DNA from: a virus
Reading direction: 5' to 3' (one strand)
Virus record (IMG/VR): IMGVR_UViG_3300044732_001099
Location: 22,967-86,966 of that record
DNA: 64,000 nucleotides
Positions 60,561 to 64,000 of this stretch are shown piece after piece (position 1 is the stretch's first letter; the number at the start of each line of letters is the position of its first letter). A program made the translations under genes and the position numbers. The notes beneath the pieces are model-generated. The model ran no database searches, was not told where the DNA came from, and saw only the letters and a list, made by a program, of their open reading frames with translations.

Positions 60561-62702
60561 ATGGCAAATAACGTCATAGACATTGCCGGATATAAAATAA
60601 ATGCTCAATCAAATATTATTCTTGATGGCACTAAACCAGTCAACAAAAGATATTACCGATCTTCTTTGTTGCCTGAGAACATATCTTGCTATGACGACCA
60701 CATGTGTAAGTTTCAAAACGTAGAGTTGTTTCAACCAGTTATCTATGACCTTGACAATCCTATGCCTAAGTACAATCGCGCGTGGGAAGTATATGACAAT
60801 CCAAATATTAAAAAGAAAAAGCTGATACGTATTAACTTTCCAAGGCATTACATGGAATGGTGGTATGAGCAACGCAGGAGATGTATCGATGGTTACACTA
60901 CTGGTGGCGTTTATCTTACTGGGGCAAACTATTGGTATTTAAACTTTTGGCGCATTAAGACTAAAGAGAAAGGTGCTGGTCTTATACCACCAAGGTTTGT
61001 TGATATGGACAAAGAGTTCTTTGATTTACTAGACCAGGCAAAAACAAATGACAAAAACCTATTATGCCTTAAGCGACGTCAGATTGGTTTTACTGAAAAG
61101 ATGGCAGCGTTATGCGCGCTCGAAGCATTATTATATCCATCATCGCAGACACTAATAGTAGCCGGTCTTGATGACTACGCTACTAACTGTTTTAATAAAG
61201 TTGTTATGGGTATTGATGCTTTGTCGCCATACTCACAAGAGCAATCAGGCAGAGAGTTCTTTAAACGTAAGCTAAAAGATATTCCCCAATACGTTAAGTT
61301 TGGCTTTGAAGCAACAAGCGTACAGAAAGGATATTTGTCAGAGATATTTGCCATCACTACTAAAGACAACGCACAGGCTGCATCTGGTAAATCTCCAACC
61401 TTAGTGTTTATGGAGGAGGCTGGTATCAATCCGCTTTTAAAGCGAGTGTACAATATGATTCAGCCATCTATTGAAGAAAACGGCAAGCAGAATGGGCGTA
61501 TCAATGTTATAGTTGGTACTGGTGGTGAAATGAAAAAAGGTGTAGCTGACTTGATGGATATGTTCTACAAGCCAGACAAGTATAATCTTTTGGCAGTGCA
61601 AAACACTTATGAGCCTGGCGCAGAAAATACAAGATGTTGTCCGTTCTTTCCTGCATGGTATTTCTATGTTATGGACAATGATGGCAATAGCTATAAAGAA
61701 CCATCACTAGAACTTATTAAGCAGAAGCGTAAAAAGATTGGTAACAACAAAAAGGATTTGCACGAAAACAAAACACAGATGCCATTAACTCCGACTGAGG
61801 CGTTTAGTTCATCTGGATTGTCACCATTCAATACTGAGAAACTAGAAAGACAATTACAAAAGTTATTGTCCGAAGAATGGGAAGAAAAGTTACAGCAGGG
61901 TAAGTTTGAAGAGATAGTAGAGAATGGTAAAATAGTTGGTGTGCGTTGGATTGCGGCACCAATGGGCATGGAAGATGCAATAGATCATGAGGGTGACTTT
62001 ATGTATCCATTTATTATTGTTGAGCATCCTGATAGACCCGAACACGTAAGTTCTGTTGGATATGAATACTACACTGGTTCTGGAAGCATTCAAGGTTTGT
62101 ATGGTGCCGGCACTGACTCATACGATAAAGACGAAGCGAACGCATCTGATTCTGAAGGTTCATTTGTTGTAATGAAAGGATATCACTCCTCAAACAAAAC
62201 ATCAATGATGCCTGTTGCTAGATTGACTTGGCGGCCGGTAAAGAAAGAAAAGTTTTATAAGCAGACAGCATTGGCATGTATGTACTATGGCGATTGCGAG
62301 AACTTGATAGAGTGGTCAAACATTGCTATCTTTGACTGGTACAAGAATAATGACTTTGACCATTTGCTAAAAGAAAGGCCTGAAATAGCTTATGCTACAA
62401 TAAAGGATAGTAAAGTAAATAATAGATTTGGTGTTGACCCTAATACTAAACCAGTATGGATTGAACACTTTTCATCTTATGTAGAAGATTACGCAGACAA
62501 TATATATGACCTTGTAATAGTTCAAAAACTAAGAGACTTTCGTTCTAGAGATCATAACTGCGACATTACCATATCAGTTATGTTAGCATACGAAGGTATA
62601 CTAGATGACATAAAAAAAGGTTATGATAAGGTGGTAGAGTCAACAAATAGTGTTATGTTTACAGGATATATGAAAAGAAACGGCAGATTACAAAGAGTAT
62701 GA
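60561..62702 (+). CDS. terL: Terminase large subunit (crAss-type)
   Basis: WW.EQRRRC.DGY....LTG..YWYLNF, Walker A LKRRQIGFT, Walker B FMEEAG, VGTGG, nuclease GTDSYD, LIEWS. Confidence 0.92.
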   Translation: MANNVIDIAGYKINAQSNIILDGTKPVNKRYYRSSLLPENISCYDDHMCKFQNVELFQPVIYDLDNPMPKYNRAWEVYDNPNIKKKKLIRINFPRHYMEWWYEQRRRCIDGYTTGGVYLTGANYWYLNFWRIKTKEKGAGLIPPRFVDMDKEFFDLLDQAKTNDKNLLCLKRRQIGFTEKMAALCALEALLYPSSQTLIVAGLDDYATNCFNKVVMGIDALSPYSQEQSGREFFKRKLKDIPQYVKFGFEATSVQKGYLSEIFAITTKDNAQAASGKSPTLVFMEEAGINPLLKRVYNMIQPSIEENGKQNGRINVIVGTGGEMKKGVADLMDMFYKPDKYNLLAVQNTYEPGAENTRCCPFFPAWYFYVMDNDGNSYKEPSLELIKQKRKKIGNNKKDLHENKTQMPLTPTEAFSSSGLSPFNTEKLERQLQKLLSEEWEEKLQQGKFEEIVENGKIVGVRWIAAPMGMEDAIDHEGDFMYPFIIVEHPDRPEHVSSVGYEYYTGSGSIQGLYGAGTDSYDKDEANASDSEGSFVVMKGYHSSNKTSMMPVARLTWRPVKKEKFYKQTALACMYYGDCENLIEWSNIAIFDWYKNNDFDHLLKERPEIAYATIKDSKVNNRFGVDPNTKPVWIEHFSSYVEDYADNIYDLVIVQKLRDFRSRDHNCDITISVMLAYEGILDDIKKGYDKVVESTNSVMFTGYMKRNGRLQRV

Positions 62703-64000
62703 TATACGGAGAGTTTTATCCAGTGCCATTAGAAAGCTTACCAAAAGACGAGCAAGAAAAATATGCTAAGTCTTTAATGGATAGCTATATAGAGCAGAAT
62801 CATAGAGATGGTGGGCTTCAAATGAATGTTCCACTTGAAAGCACTTCTGTCCGTTCTCGTATGGACAAAATAACTTATTGCCGCGCTCTTTGGAATAACG
62901 AACTTGATGATGCAAGGTTTGGTTATCTGTACAATAAGATAGACAAGCAAGTTCATGACAGTCAATCTGGAATAGATGATATTATTACTCTTGAAATGCC
63001 TGCCCGGGTGCGTAACATTCCAATAGTAAGACCAAAGCTACAAGCACTTATATCTGAAGAAATGTCAAGACCTGTTGTTACCAAAGTAATTGGAATGACA
63101 GATGAAATAGTTGGTAAGAAACTAGAAAACATTAAGAATGACATCTTAGATAAGCAACTGCAAAAGATAAAGCAGAACCAACTTATAAATGCTACCAATC
63201 AAGCTTTGCTTCAAATGCAACAGCAAATGATGCAGCAGTTAGCTCAGGACCCGCAGGCGCAACAGATGATTATTCAGATGCAAGTTGAGTTAGAGCATTT
63301 GCAAAACTTACTACAGAATGATATTGTAATAACAAGTGAAGAAGTAAGAAGAATCAGAGAATATTATCAGTATTCACATAAAGAGTTTGAGGAAAAGCTT
63401 TGTTCACAAGCGTTAGAAGAGTTTGTAGATAGCAAAAGGTTACGACACCTGATGAATAACTTCTTTGAGGAAATGATGATTACTGGTGAGCCTGTTTGGT
63501 ATTGCGACTGGGAACCTGGATTATCTGAGCCCGAAGTTAGATTGATAAGACCTGAATATCTTTGGTATCAAGCAAACGAAGCAGCAAAGTATTTACACGA
63601 ACTAGATTGGATAGTAGAATATAGTCCAATGTCAATAGGACAAGTTATTCAATATTACGGAGCAGACATAACAGAAGAAAACTTAGAAACATTAAGAAGC
63701 GAGTTTCCAATGTTTTCACAAGATGCGTGGTACAGAACAAATCTTACAAACTTCCCAGATGGTAGTCCATCGGGTTGGTATAGTGGCAATGATTATTTGT
63801 ACTCACACCAAGTAGACACTTATAAAGTAAATTGGAAAGAACAAGTTGAAGTTTATGCATTGTATTCAGAAAACAAAAACGACACTCCCTACTTCTCGGA
63901 GAAGCCGCCTTTCGTTAAATTCCTCACGCCGGAAGAGTATAAAGATCTTACTGCCACAGAATCAAAAAGAAAGCGTCTTGAAAAGAAAGGACAAAAAATA
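62699..64000 (+). CDS. Portal protein (3'-truncated; not in ORF track)
   Basis: ATGA overlap with terL; MIYGEFYP...MPARVRNIPIVRPKLQALISEEMSRP (crAss portal-like); a complete ORF would be in the track, so it appears to run off the window. Confidence 0.8.
   Translation, partial: MIYGEFYPVPLESLPKDEQEKYAKSLMDSYIEQNHRDGGLQMNVPLESTSVRSRMDKITYCRALWNNELDDARFGYLYNKIDKQVHDSQSGIDDIITLEMPARVRNIPIVRPKLQALISEEMSRPVVTKVIGMTDEIVGKKLENIKNDILDKQLQKIKQNQLINATNQALLQMQQQMMQQLAQDPQAQQMIIQMQVELEHLQNLLQNDIVITSEEVRRIREYYQYSHKEFEEKLCSQALEEFVDSKRLRHLMNNFFEEMMITGEPVWYCDWEPGLSEPEVRLIRPEYLWYQANEAAKYLHELDWIVEYSPMSIGQVIQYYGADITEENLETLRSEFPMFSQDAWYRTNLTNFPDGSPSGWYSGNDYLYSHQVDTYKVNWKEQVEVYALYSENKNDTPYFSEKPPFVKFLTPEEYKDLTATESKRKRLEKKGQKI

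Noticed and set aside
60561-62702. Intein or intron in terL
   Set aside because: Continuous ORF of ordinary length; no intein splice-junction or homing endonuclease motifs seen

Overview
The whole window looks like part of one AT-rich dsDNA phage genome with a crAss-like (Crassvirales-related) virion and transcription module. The host is probably Bacteroidota: starts lack Shine-Dalgarno motifs and TAnnTTTG promoter elements are present. The genetic code is standard. Block 1 (+, 1-32.9 kb) holds putative virion cargo genes, a 7503-aa polyvalent protein (SF1 helicase, two HExxH zincin motifs, crAss-type two-barrel RNA polymerase), tail/collar genes and an amidase endolysin. Block 2 (-, 32.9-51.5 kb) holds early/middle genes (spore photoproduct lyase-like radical SAM, RadC/JAB, ParB-like, SSB, KilA-like, ERF, GH73, Gp157, many small ORFs) and a tRNA-like RNA with a non-canonical anticodon loop, but no recognisable DNA polymerase, primase or replicative helicase. 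The divergence point (50.8-51.6 kb) carries a perfect chromosomal-type parS palindrome and a strong local G+T skew on both sides. Block 3 (+, 51.6-64 kb) holds a catalytic-domain-only Asn/Asp-tRNA-synthetase paralogue, RusA, fibre/decoration genes, holins, terminase large subunit and a partial portal. The best candidates for new biology are the parS/ParB maintenance module in a polymerase-less crAss-like genome, the tRNA-like RNA with the truncated aaRS, and the giant fused vRNAP with a DQDVD catalytic motif. All calls come from motif recognition by eye; no searches were run.
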